Positions 45,920 to 58,801 of a stretch of 64,000 nucleotides of DNA are shown piece after piece. The DNA is from Lingula anatina (lineage: Eukaryota > Animalia > Brachiopoda), in the NCBI GenBank assembly GCA_051362555.1, contig CM120648.1:19278587-19342586 (forward strand), given 5' to 3'. Position 1 is the stretch's first letter. Each line of letters starts with the position of its first letter. The position numbers and the translations under genes were made by a program. Below the pieces are notes generated by a model that had not been told where the DNA came from, did no database searches, and worked only from the letters and a program-made list of their open reading frames with translations.

Positions 45920-48377
45920 AGGACAATGTTCATGTAAAAATCCATTTCTCGAATTTTGAAGATACAGCACTCAATCTATACACTAGAGGTATGTTTTAAT
46001 CGATCCCCGCCATTTAAAAATTATGAAAACAATCTATTAGTAGAAAAAAAGCGTTTTAGTAAACCTCACCTCAATATGCAAAAATGAAGCAACAGATCTG
46101 GGTCACGTGGTACTGTGACGACAATCACGATAAAGGTCTATGAGACTCAACTGAGCTGCAGGTGCATACAGACGGAGAAGTTAAGGAAAGTTGTGTTGAA
46201 CGGAGTTGAGGAATTTTCGTTATGCCTCGGTGTGTTGCCGTGGGATTCACCAAAATTGCAGCTCTCGCTGACAATCTTTCTTTGTCTGTGACGGTCTTCC
46301 GTGACTTACTTACTAACTTCGGTGACAATAGTTGCGATGCTCTAGATCATGGTCACCTCAGGTGGTTTAGATCATATCAAGAGCTGGTAGTCTTTCAGAT
46401 TAACTGTCATCAGTTGGCAAACTTACTGATTGCTGATGCATTTTAAATGCATTGTAGTTGACCAAAAGCTCGTTTACAACAAACCTGTTAATTATGCACC
46501 GCTGCAATTCCCAAGCCAGGTAATAACAGGTAAGAAACTCGTCTTGGTGGGCTTTCATATTTTTCAATATATCTCATTTATTTCATGGGGTTATTTTATT
46601 GGTATTTGTAAATGACGTTAAATATCAATACTTAAACAATTAAGTTCAAACACGGTCGCGAACATTAATAAAAGAAATTGCTCTCAGGGTATCTTGAAGC
46701 TTCCGTGGAAGAAAACGTGTTGAGGAAAAACAGGAAAAAGAGCGTTATATTAAAGAAAAAATGGGAACTGCTATAATAAAATGGTTCGTTATCCTAATTC
46801 GTTTATGCTTTGAGGATTTGTTTCTGAAGATTATTTCATCTGAAATATTAAAGAATTTAAAAGATTGATTATTTTATAACTTGAAACGCAAATTCTGCGT
46901 CAGTACGCAATTTTTTTTTGCAAATTTGTAAGCTTATAACAACGTGCTATAAAGATCTACTCAAGAAAAAAATTTGCTTGGGTAAAATTGAGTACGGAAT
47001 GAACTGGAGACACTTGGCTTGTCATTTAGTTTACACGAAAATATGTCAGGTAACTTTATACTGTCTTTGAAAGAGTAAAGATTGAAAGATAATTTTAGAC
47101 AAACTTTGACGGGGGAAATACCTACAAAGAGTAATGGGCTATTTCGCCAACATCTTGTTAAAAATTTTACACTGCAATTCTATTCAAATAAGCTAAGGAA
47201 CTAATTGCCAAATTAATACTCTCATCACATAACAGGGGGTCAACCAGACCTGCAAAAATTGTACGCACATATTTAAAAAGATTACAAGCACATACAGCAA
47301 AATGTAGACTTACGCAAAACATGAAGGACAGCGTAATCACAGCAAATGTACCTCATATAGTAGCTTAATTTCCATTAATAATAAAATCATCATTTAAGTC
47401 AAAAATATTCTTGCGATTTAATAACTATTTTAATTTACCCAGAACGGTATATTTATTTTAAAGGCGGTTAACTGAAATATAGTTTTATGATTTGTTTGTG
47501 AAAATTGCCCATGTCACCCTGTTAGTTTGGAGGTCTAAGCTGGATCAAGTCCGTGTTAACATTCCTATGAAGTTTTGCAGGAAAAATTCTTCCTTTCTTT
47601 CTCTAGCTCCTCGATAAACCTGGTGTTCAGATTTTATCTAGTACCCCCAGGTCTACGGGAGCTGCGCTTTGTAACTAACGCACAGGTAGATTTTTACCTG
47701 AGATAACTGGAGAAAAGCTTAGATAGAGAGTGCGTTCGATACAAGCAAGACAAATTGAATGCCATTTAACCCTCTAATTAAGAGGTAAAGGAAGTTCCAG
47801 GTAGATGGATGATTAAGATAGGACTTGTAAAGGTAACGGGCATTGTTTACCTCAGTTTAATAAAAGTATGCAAGACGGAGTGTCAGCGGTTTAATAAAAT
47901 AAATTGAATTTCACAAATAACATGGACCTCATATGCAATAATCAACATTTCCCTTAACTCATTCAAATGCAGTGTTTTATACAACTTGGGATAACCATAA
48001 TGAAATGCTTGTTAAAGAAATGACTAGACGGGAAATGGTTTTACACAGCTTCACGAGGATTTAGACCCCTCGGGTAAGAGATTTGAATGAGTATAAACTT
48101 TTATCAGAAGCCAGAGAAGTCATCTTACAGGTAGACAATGCAGCTCAGTTTGACAGCTAAGCACGCTCTGTTCTCCAGTGGCTCGATTGTCGTCATTGGA
48201 CCACGTGACCACGTAGCTCATTAACTCCCAGGCCGAGCAAATAGGACGTTTTTTAAAGCCAAAAATTTACAAAATGAGCTTTTAATTTGTGTATTTGGAT
48301 AAAGATATCGTTAGTTGGGCATGTTTTCTGAAGAATATGTTCCGTTCAGGCCATTCTGACGGCATGAAGCAAACCCT
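45920..48377 (+). mobile_element. Kolobok-like non-autonomous element, copy A
   Basis: TTAA|AGGACAATGTTCATG ... CATGAAGCAAACCCT|TTAA; THAP-like start MPRCVAVG at 46222; inverted homolog at 53280-55691. Confidence 0.8.
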
Positions 48378-49107
48378 TTAAACTACAGATTGTTATCGGG
48401 GTGGGGGGGGGGGAGAAAATTGTTGTTTTTAAGTTAGTGTTTTGAAGTCAAATCCCAAATAACGTAAAGGCAAATTTAACGTAAAGGAAAAATAAAATCA
48501 GAAGGAAGTCATTTAATTGCGTTCCCATAATCTTGTCGTTCTAGCAGAACCGTTCCATCTCAGTAGGGATTTTCTCTAAGGCGAACTCAATTTAATCAGC
48601 TGGACCCCTCGCAAGGTAACATGAACAACATGATAGACCACAAAGTTTTCCCGACTTTACCATAATACTTTAAATTACGAGGTGGCGTGTCAGGCATTTT
48701 AGGCGCTTAAACTGAATGCAATTTAACGAAAATCCCCGAGGAGTTAGATTATTCCAGCTTGTACGATAGGGTTATAAAAGCACTTCCTGAGAGAATCTCC
48801 TGGTATAATTTGGAAGTGCCCCCCCCCTTTATGACGCCGTTTAAATCACTTTGACAGCTCTCCTGGCATTAGAGAAAATCCTGTAACCGAAAACTAATAT
48901 AGCTGCAGCGTCACCATCTGGACAAAGCACATCTATGTAATTAATAGTATTTTTGGGATTTTTTTAAACAGCAATTTAGAACAGGGACATTATTTTTATG
49001 ATTTTATCCGTTTCGCTGTCACCCACCTTATAGGGGGGAGGGATAACCAGTGGCTCACATGTGTCTATCGACATTAGTATTGTCTCTACACTGCAAAAAA
49101 GAAGGTA

Positions 49108-52100
49108 CCCAGATAGCAAGCATACGTTGGGCCAACGTAGGGGAATCGTTGGTTTGTTGGCACATAGTTGGCGTTGGTAGTAATACGTTGGCCCAACGTT
49201 GGCCCAACCACATCATAATATGCACAACATAACTGCAATATGCTCACGTTGGCCTAACGTTGGGCCAACGTGTGCATATTTGTTGCATACGTTGGCCTAA
49301 CGTTGGGCCAACGTATCCAATTAACAACTCAATAGAAATGAATAATGTTTCTGTTATAATAAAAATGTTTCTGTTCACAACTGAGAATCACATGTGCTTA
49401 TGTATTGATCAGTAACATATAGTTTTTAGGATTAATTATTTTTTATTAAGAGTTTGTCAAATTCCTTGGGCTAAAAAACAGTGTTCTACTTTTATTTGTC
49501 TTCCAAGCTATATACTCTCATATATATATTTCATTTTGTCTTTTTTTCTGAATGGATATAGTATATAGTACATAGACTTCACCTATAAAAAAATCACTGA
49601 GTGAACAGGTTTATATTTTTAAATAATGCTGTGAAACATATTTATTATTATTGCTATTATCATTATTGTTATTGAAATCAGACAAATGATTGAAATCTTA
49701 TTATAATGTACAATTGCACAATATATAAATTTTAAATTTTATAGTTAGCATCAATTGACTTTTGATTAAAGTACACTGGTAACTTTCACTGGACCAGATT
49801 CATTACAAGCCAGGTGTTTATCTTAACTGTCAGTTTGATATAAACAGTTTGCCTACTGCCTGCTCAAACAGGTCAAACAACTATACATAGCACAGTCTTA
49901 AGCGCGCTGACCGTTGAGCCAATTCAAAAATCTAAGCCAGAAGGTCAGAAATGTTCTAAGGAAGAGGCAAGAATTACGGCTGAAAGCATTGGTTTCTGGA
50001 TATAAAAAGAAGACATCTTTTTGGAAATTAGAAAATGAATAGATAAAGAGACAGGATAAGAAGTGAGCATGTACTGGTAAGTGACTTTTTAATTGTGTAT
50101 TTTCCCATTATTTACTGATGCACCAGGATCCATACAGCCTTGAAAAGTGTTCAAATTTAGTCCAGCACTTTGGACTAGTTTAAATGTAACTAGTTTAAAT
50201 GGCTCTAGTTTAAATGTAACTTTGAAAAGTACTTGAAAATGCTATTATGCTTGAAAAAGGTTTGCATTTCAGCATTTTGTCTTTATAAAAATATTATTTA
50301 AAACTTTGTAGTTTATTGAGATGAATACAGACAGTAATTCACAGATGGGGGTAATACCTTTTAACACATCATTACTTGTACTTTTATTTTCAACTTTTCA
50401 TCATCAATGTGTTACAAAGACAAAGTTTAAATGAAATGAGTCCTTTTTCCTTTGGTATGTACACTTTAATATAACTGTATTAATGTATAACTTGCCCTCA
50501 TTAGTTAAAATCATTGAAAATGATTTGAATTAGAGCCTTAAAAGTCCTTGGAAGCCAATTGTTCTCATGTGTCTGTATGAATCCTGGCCAGTAAATTCTG
50601 TGATAGAGTTGTTGGAATGATTAAATGATGTGGAATTTAGTGGTACATTACAGTTGTCTAAAAACTGAATTCATGGTCAAGTATACACGTAAGAACTAAT
50701 TTAAATAAATCACTATAAATTACTGCACACAAGACACACACTTTTAAAGTTAAGATATTGGCTTTTGCCTAACTTAGAAAAGGTGGGGAGATTATCATAT
50801 AATACACACCTACTAGTACTAGTTTGTATATGAAATATGTAATGGGGGAAGAGGTACAGTCATGTTATGTATCATACCAATTCTAGCATTATATTTCAAG
50901 TGTTTTTAATATTTAAATTTGTAGGTGCAGCACACTCTTCTGTGACTGTTCAGAAAAAGATGTTGAAGATACACCTAACTAATCGTGCTTTGCCAAAGAT
51001 CATGCAGGTGCAGGACAGGAAAGAGAGAAAAAAACACAAGATTGAACTCATATGACCACTGATTTGATTTTTAAATAGACAATGTCTGAGATTTTGCCTG
51101 ATGGAGGAGACTGTGATTTTATAGACTTGACATATAACTTATGAAAGTTCCTATGAAAAGCATCTTACCTGACATTAACAAGGGTTTCAGGTTTAAAATT
51201 TAATTTACTGAAAATGTTTTTAAAAATTGAAATGGGGCAAAAAAAGACTTTACTAGTAGAAAATTGCCTTGACTCCAGGAATAAGGTGAAAAGTCATAGG
51301 ACTGTTAAAATTTTTTTGATGTGAATCATGTAACAATTGATATAAGACACATTATTAATGTTTAAATTTAATATTATAATATCTATTAAAAATTTTCTTT
51401 GTTGTCTTTTTGTATTATATTTCAATTCACATATCATTATTTAGTTGGTGTAATGTATTTGTTTTATGTAATGTTATGAATTAATTAAACAGTTCAAAAT
51501 ATATCACTAATCTTTTTGTTTCAACTACAATTATTAATTGACAATTTTCCAGGTGTAGTGTAAATGATCACAGGCAGATCAAGTCCTCTGAAGGATTCAT
51601 CCCTTAGAAACCTTGCCAATTTTTCAGCCATATCTTGCAGTTTGCAGATTTCAGATGCTCAAGATATTTCATCAGGACATTGATCTGCCTGTGCATCAGA
51701 TGTGTAATTACAGTGCCCTACTACCTATGTGATTCCAAAAAAAAGATTTTGCCTTTAGCTCAATGTTGGGTTACTGTAAATCACTGTGCCCCTGGTTTTA
51801 GGTTGGGTCATAATTTGTTGTGCAAATTGCAGATAACTTGGTGACCAGTTGGCCTACCATTGGGCCAACGCGGATACATTGTTGGTTTGAGGTTGGGTAA
51901 TTGTTGGACTGATGTTGGTTATTAGTAGAACCAACGTAATTGCACTGTTGGTTACAGGTTGGGTAATTGTTGGACCAATGTTGGTTATTAGTTGGCCTAA
52001 TGTAGGGCCAACGCAGTTTGGTTGGGTAATCGTTGGACTGATGTTGGTTATTAGTAGGACCAACGTAAATGCACTGTTGGTTACAGGTTGGGTAATTGTT

Positions 52101-52309
52101 GGAGCAATGTTGGTTATTAGTTGGCCCAATGTAGGGCCAATGCAGTTTGGTTGGGAATACGTTGGCAATGCGTTGGCATTAAAAAGACGTTCAGCCAACC
52201 GTTGGCCAAAGTGAGCACTTAGATGGAAACCCAACGTTGGGCCAACGTTGCATGGTCAACCAAGGCAACGTTGGGCCAACGTTGGCCCAACGTATGCATG
52301 CTATCTGGG
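49108..52309. mobile_element. Non-autonomous EnSpm/CMC-type element (3.2 kb)
   Basis: TIRs CCCAGATAGCA.GCATACGTTGGGCCAACG / CGTTGGCCCAACGTATGCATGCTATCTGGG, 2-bp TA duplication, CCAACGTTGG arrays, 129-bp subterminal tandem. Confidence 0.88.
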
Positions 52310-53279
52310 TATTGGCAAGCTATTGCAACATACGGTTTTCGCAACGTCAGCAATTATTTCATATTTTCAGATTACATCGCCTTTTAAAACTACCCTTTGC
52401 TATCAATGCAACAATGTGAGAAATTGGGGAGTAGGTATTCAGATTTGAGTTGTCTGACACGTCCCCACAGAAAGGGGAAAGAAAAGTGATCACGCCAACA
52501 TGATGTGATGTGTATTTATCTTTAACGTGTGAATGCAGCTGAACAATGTGAATGCAGCCGAATATCACCTACATTATATCACCTATCTTATATGTGTGTA
52601 AATAAAGGCCGAGTGCCAGGTCGGCACTTGAAGTTTAAATTGGGATTTGAACACCGCAGTCGTGTTTGTGTCTACATGTCATGGCGGAGGATAACCCATG
52701 TGGATGTGATGAAATACCATTGGGGAGGTACAGTTTATAGCATTTATCTTTATTGGTCATCATTTCGTAAATATTGCTGAAATACAAGGTTGGAGTAACA
52801 TTTTTATAGTACAATTATCTTTATTGGTCATCATTTCGTAAATATTGATCTCATGGTCAGGCCAGTGTGTATCATTGCGCTTTCTCGCCACTACAGTACA
52901 ACCAACGATTCATGCAGGGTAGTCTCCGCTAAAAATCTGTCATTGGACCGTTTCCAATCGCGATCTGTCATTGTAAAATCAGTGATTCTCTTACAGCAGG
53001 TTCCGATTGCAGTCTGCCCTAAGAGAATTTACCGATTCGTTTGTTTCCTCAGCAAGTAAAAATGCAAAATAGATTATCTGCTTTTTAAATGTCCACTTTA
53101 TTAAAAATGTCATACTGTCTGCAGGTTTTATTGTAATGGGTTTTAATATACATTGTAAATGTTGATCTTATGGTTAGGTCAGTGTTTATACCTGTAATTG
53201 CGTTCTGACGCAGAGTATTCCTTACGTTTTTCCCTTGAGTCCATGACAATTGTGTATTGCGATCCTTTATTTGTGTTAA

Positions 53280-55691
53280 AGGATTTGCTTCATACCGTCA
53301 GAATGGCCTCAACGGAACATATTCTTCAGAAAACATACCCAACTAACGATATCTTTATCCAAATACACAAATTAAAAGCTCATTTTGTAAATTTTTGGCT
53401 TTAAAAGTCCTATTTGCTCGGCCTGGGAGTTAATGAGCTACGTGGTCACGTGGTCCGATGACGACAATCGAGCCACTAGAGAACAGAGCGTGCTTAGCTG
53501 TCAAACTGAGCTGCATTGTCTACCTGTAAAGCCCCCTTTACAATAGACGGCGTCCTTTCTGCGTCCAGCAGTACGGCCCCATTTGAGAGTTAAAAAATTA
53601 TAATACTTTACGTGCCGACAGCTGGCCGATCATTGAGCATTCATTCTGATACAAAATCAATACTCGTTCCTCCTTATTAAAACCACAGCGATGCCAAATT
53701 TCATGGTCGCAGAAAGGACGCCTCCCAGTGTAAAGGGGGTATAAGATTACTTCTCTGGCTTCTGATAAAAGTTAATACTCATTCAAATCTCTTATCCGAG
53801 GGATCTAAATCCTCATGAAGCTGTGTAAAACCATTCCCGTCTAGTCAATTCTTTAACGAGCATTTAATTATGGTTATCCCAAGTAGTATAAAACACTGCA
53901 TTTGAATGAGTAAAGGGTACTGTGGATTATTGCATATGATTAATTTTATTAAACCGCTGACACTCCGTCTTGGATACTTTTCTTAAACTGAGGTAAACGA
54001 TGCCCGTTACCTTTACAAGTCCCATCTTAATCATCCATCTAACTGGAACTTACTTTACCTCTTAATTAGAGGGTTAAATGGCTGGCGATATTTATCTCAG
54101 GTAAAAAAAAAAAATGCTTTAGTTTCAAAGAGCAGCTCCCGCAGACCTGGGGGTACTAGATAAAATCTGAACACCGGGTTTATTGAGGAGCTAGAGAAAC
54201 AAAGGAAGAATTTTTCCTGCACAGCTTCATAGGAATTTTAGCACGGACTTGATCCAGCTTAGACCTTCTAATTAACAGGGTGACATGGGTAATTTTCAAA
54301 TACAAAATAAACAAATAATAAAACTATATTTCAGTTAGCCTCCTCTTAAATAAATATACCGTTCTGGATAAATTAGAACATTTATTAAATCGACAGAAAA
54401 TTTTTGACTTAAATGATTATTTTATTATTAATGGAAATTAAGCTACTATATGGGGCACATTTGCTGAGATTACGCTGTTCTTGATGTTTTGCGTTAGTCT
54501 ACATTTTGCTGTGCGTGCTTGGAATTTTTTAATTTTTTATACTCACGTATGTAAAACTGCACATTTAGTAAACATTAAAGTAATGATTTTTCCCATGCTA
54601 CTTATAGCAAACAATGCTCTTTTACCTTGATCTGCTACATGTTTTTGGGTTTGACAAAGCATACAAATTTGCAAAAAGTTTTGTGTACAGACGCAGAACT
54701 TGTATTTCAAGGTATAAAATGATAAGTCTTTTAAATTATTTTATACTTTAGATGAAATAACATTCAGAAACAAATCCTCAAAGCATAAACGAATTAGGAT
54801 TACGAACCATTTTAGTACATAAGTTCCTATTTTTTTCTTTAATATACCGCTCTTTTTTCTGTTTGTTCTTCAACACGTTTTCTTCCACGGAAGTAATGCC
54901 TGGGCATACGCATGCTTCAAGTTACCCTGAGAGCAATTACTTTTATTAATGTTCGCGACGGTGTTTGAACTCAATTGTTTAAATATTGATATTAAACGTC
55001 ATTTACAAATACCAATAAAATCACCCCATGAAATAAATGAGATATTTTGAAAAATATGAAAGCCCACCAAGACGATTTTGATACCTGTTATTACCTGGGT
55101 TGGGAAGTGCAGCGGTGCATAATTAACAGGTTTGTTGTAAACGAGCTTTTGGTCAACTACAATGCATTTAAAATGCATCAGCAATCAGTAAGTTTGCCAA
55201 CTGATGACAGTTAAGCTGAAAGACTACCAGCTCTTGATATGATCTAAACCACCTGAGGTGACCATGATCTAGAGCATCTCAACTATTGTCACCAAAGTTA
55301 GTAAGTCACGGAAGACCGTCACAGACAAAGAAAGATTGTCAACGAGAGCTGCAATTTTGGTGAATCCCACGGCAACACACCGAGGCATAACGAAAATTCA
55401 TCAACTCCGTTCAACACAACTTTCCTTAACTTCTCCGTCTGTATGCACCATGCAGCTCAGTTGAGTCTCATAGACCTTTATCGTGATTGTCGTCACAGTA
55501 CCACGTGACCCAGATCTGTTGCTTCGTTTATGCATATTGAGGTGAGGTTTACTAAAACGCTTTTTGTCTACTAATAGATTGTTTTTATAATTTTTAAATG
55601 ACGGGGATCGATTAAAACATAACTGTAGCGTATAGATTAAGTGCTGGATCTTCAGAATTCGAGAAATGGATTTTTATATGAATATTGTCCT
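53280..55691 (-). mobile_element. Kolobok-like non-autonomous element, copy B (inverted)
   Basis: TTAA|AGGATTTGCTTCAT ... ATATTGTCCT|TTAA; reverse complement aligns with 45920-48377. Confidence 0.8.
53530..53741. mobile_element. Harbinger MITE inserted in Kolobok copy B
   Basis: AGCCCCCTTTACA / TGTAAAGGGGGTA ends, TAA duplication; empty site present in copy A near 48125. Confidence 0.9.
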
Positions 55692-55787
55692 TTAAAGTAT
55701 TCACTGGTTCTACTTACTGAGTCAGATTGTATATCGCTGTGTATTGTCGTCTCTGTTATCCTACACGTCTGCACGGTAGCTGTATTA

Positions 55788-56013
55788 GGGTGTATTTCCA
55801 GAGATTTAGATCGATCCAAGGATTAAAATTTAGATCGACCTAACTCCCTGGGGGTTCAGGCTAAATTGCAGTCAGACGAGCGGGCACCAGAGTTAATTGC
55901 CCCCTTACAGCTTTTAGTAGGCGGGATAGACGCTTCAGCCGGCCAAGCTGACAGTAATCTGGTGAGACTCCCCACAGGGATAGATCGATCTAAAAATCTA
56001 TGGAAATGGGGTG
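55788..56013. mobile_element. Harbinger-like MITE
   Basis: TTA on both sides; inverted homolog of 40634-40848. Confidence 0.75.
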
Positions 56014-57570
56014 TTAGCGATAACTCACCCGGATAAGGCGGGGATATTGGGCTCTCCACCTGGTGGGCGCAGTACTTACCGTAATTGCGCACACGTTCTC
56101 TGAGCAGGGAAGAAGGGAAATACACACTGTTGTCTTTCAGTGACATTTTAAGTGAAATTCCAGATATGTCACTATAGTCGAGTAGCCAGAACGCTAACCC
56201 TGCAATGTTTTTCCTGTAACCTTTTTTCCAGAAATGCATTCTTTAGGCCGAGAGAAGAAAAATTAGCTTGGTTGCTATTTCCGAGACACTGAACATTTTT
56301 CAATACGGCCGTCACTTTGTGAGAAAATATAGAAAAACGACCAGAAGTCGCCGGGTATACTTTATTTAGAACTTCTATAAACATTTTTCATATCAGGAGA
56401 GCACAACATTACTAGTTTATACACTTACGCGCGAAACATTTAGCAAAAAGACAAAATGGCCGTCAAAATATATGGCAGAAAGTAAAAAAAAGTTGCAAAT
56501 TCAGTTCGCTTTTTGCATATTTTGTCTTAATAAAAGCATATCCGCCTTTTCTATTCATGTTCATCGTGATCATTTGTTAGCCATGATCCGTAACTCTCAG
56601 AAACTGCTTATTTGACATTTATCAGATGGTGACAGGCGGTGTCATCTCCCGAGAGTCCATTTACCACTCCCACGAGCCCCCATAGTGAAAGCCTACTTTG
56701 TTATATCTTACAAGCTTTTTAAAAAGCAATCATTTCATCTGGGCTTTAAAACTTAGAAAAACTTATTAAGCTTGGCTTTCTATGCAAGTTTATACTTACG
56801 AGGCATTGATAGTTTTTCAAAATTCAAGATGGTCGTCAATCTGTTGTAAGAATAGCAAGAGCCATACATTCAAATCAAAATGTGTATGCTTCACTCCATT
56901 GCTCGCCATTGCATATTATGTGTACATCCATGCACATTGCGGTCATTTATTTGATTTCATTTCATAAATAATGGTCTCCAAAACATAATGGAAAGGGCAA
57001 AAAATTAAACAACCGTAAAACTACATGCCCTTTAACTGAAATTGACCTTAAATGGAACAAAACGATAAACCTGCGGTCAAGACATAGCACAGAATGAAAC
57101 ATATTTTAGGTTAAATAATACAAAAGAGAAAACCAATATGTCCGTCAATGCTACTTTATGATCAAACCAAACATTAATTGCGGATATCTTAGTTCTGACT
57201 ACTAGTTTTTCATTCAAAATCAAATATTACATGGTGGATGAGGTCAGTGGATGTGGATGAGATGTGCAAGGTATTATCATCCCAGTGTGTGTAAACTAAA
57301 TCATTCTGAAATTTAAAAAGGCGTCAGATCGTTTTTCTTAGGGTTGGATTATTTTTATCCTCTTTTTGGAATTTTTAAAATATTTTTAACACCTATGGGT
57401 TAAGGCATTTTTGTTGTATAATTATGAATTTGATTATAAATAATCAAGACCCAGGCGGCGGCATACAAACCCAGTGTATGGGGCACATGAGGTCAGCTAT
57501 TCTTGACAACGTGGCATAATTCGGGGATATGATAGCTACCCATGTATTTGAAATGTTGTTTTTGCCAATA

Positions 57571-58743
57571 TACACTTACAGCCTATGGAAGCTTTGAGAT
57601 AGGAATGTATGCATATTTTTAATTGAAGGTGAGTTGTAATAATTCATTGTGGATTAATTGATGATTTAGTGCTCGGGTAGTTGAGATAATGATGAGCTGT
57701 CATGTCGTCATACCGTTGCACATGGTTTTGCAAAAGTGGACCAAATACACATTGAGCAATAATCAGTGGGCATCTGCACATTTTAAGGATTGGTTTTGGA
57801 GCCTATAAAGGCCCATAAAAGGCCAGCATTGTTGTTAGTCCAGTGAACGGAATCATGCCATATTGTCTATCATGTGAACAACGTACGTCTCTGGGCGCTG
57901 GGTGTGAGGGGAGTCTGATTTGGGCTACAGTGTATGGGCTGTTCCCAACCCACAATCAGGAACCTGGTTGAATGACACAACATGCCAGGCTCTGTTGGAG
58001 ATAGACTGCAGCCAGGGCGAGAGAGTGTCAACTCCCGACCAGGATCGCTGCATCAGGTTGCATCACCTGCGGGACCAATTTCGCCATATCAGTTGTACAG
58101 CAAAAGAAGCACCCAGGAGGAAGAACAACCGGAGCAGCAGCCAGACTGTGCGTCGACGCTTGCCGGAGGTCAACCGTTGGTGGTCGTTGATTGCAACATA
58201 CCAGTAACTTCTTGTCACAACAAAGATCAGATTCTGCTACCTCACATGACCTCGTTCAGCAAACTGATGTCACCGTTTCCCAACAGGACAAGACCCGTCC
58301 ACATTCGGCACAAATGATCCATGCGTATCTGGAGACCCAAGGGTGGATTTCCTACCCCGGCCTGCCTATTCTCCGGATATGAATCCGATTGAACACTTGT
58401 GGTACTATCTTTGCCGTCCGTTGGCCATGGCAGCAGCTGATCCAGGCACTACGGCAAGACAGGAATAGGATTCTGCATGACATCATCCCATTTATAGCCC
58501 GAGAATGCGCCAACGGATCATTATTAATTTTACCCTCCCCCCGTCCCCACAAACGTACTTGGTTGGACTCTCTGTAAATTTAGGGTCCCGATTACAGATT
58601 AACATTTTGGACTCCCTGTACCACAAATCCTGCGGAAAGCCCTGCTGGCCCTTGAAAAAATTTCCATCAGACTGAGACTGTATTAAAAAGAGAATGTAAC
58701 TGTCAGTCCTATCAATGACCCTCTTTTATAGAGTCTTAGTATA
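57571..58743 (+). mobile_element. Old Tc1 element with disrupted transposase (~57856-58520)
   Basis: GSVGDRLQPGR, STPDQDRCIRLHHLRDQF, TVRRRL, QQDKTRPHSA, SPDMNPIEHLW across frames; weak TA-flanked TIRs so boundaries are approximate. Confidence 0.8.
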
Positions 58744-58801
58744 ACTATACCTTACTAGGACACCTTGTCAATAAATAAATAGAAGGGTTTAATGTATATT
58801 A

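Noticed and set aside
49960-51055. Exon-like remnants inside the 49108 element, possibly DUF4806-like
   Set aside because: Too degraded to support a call
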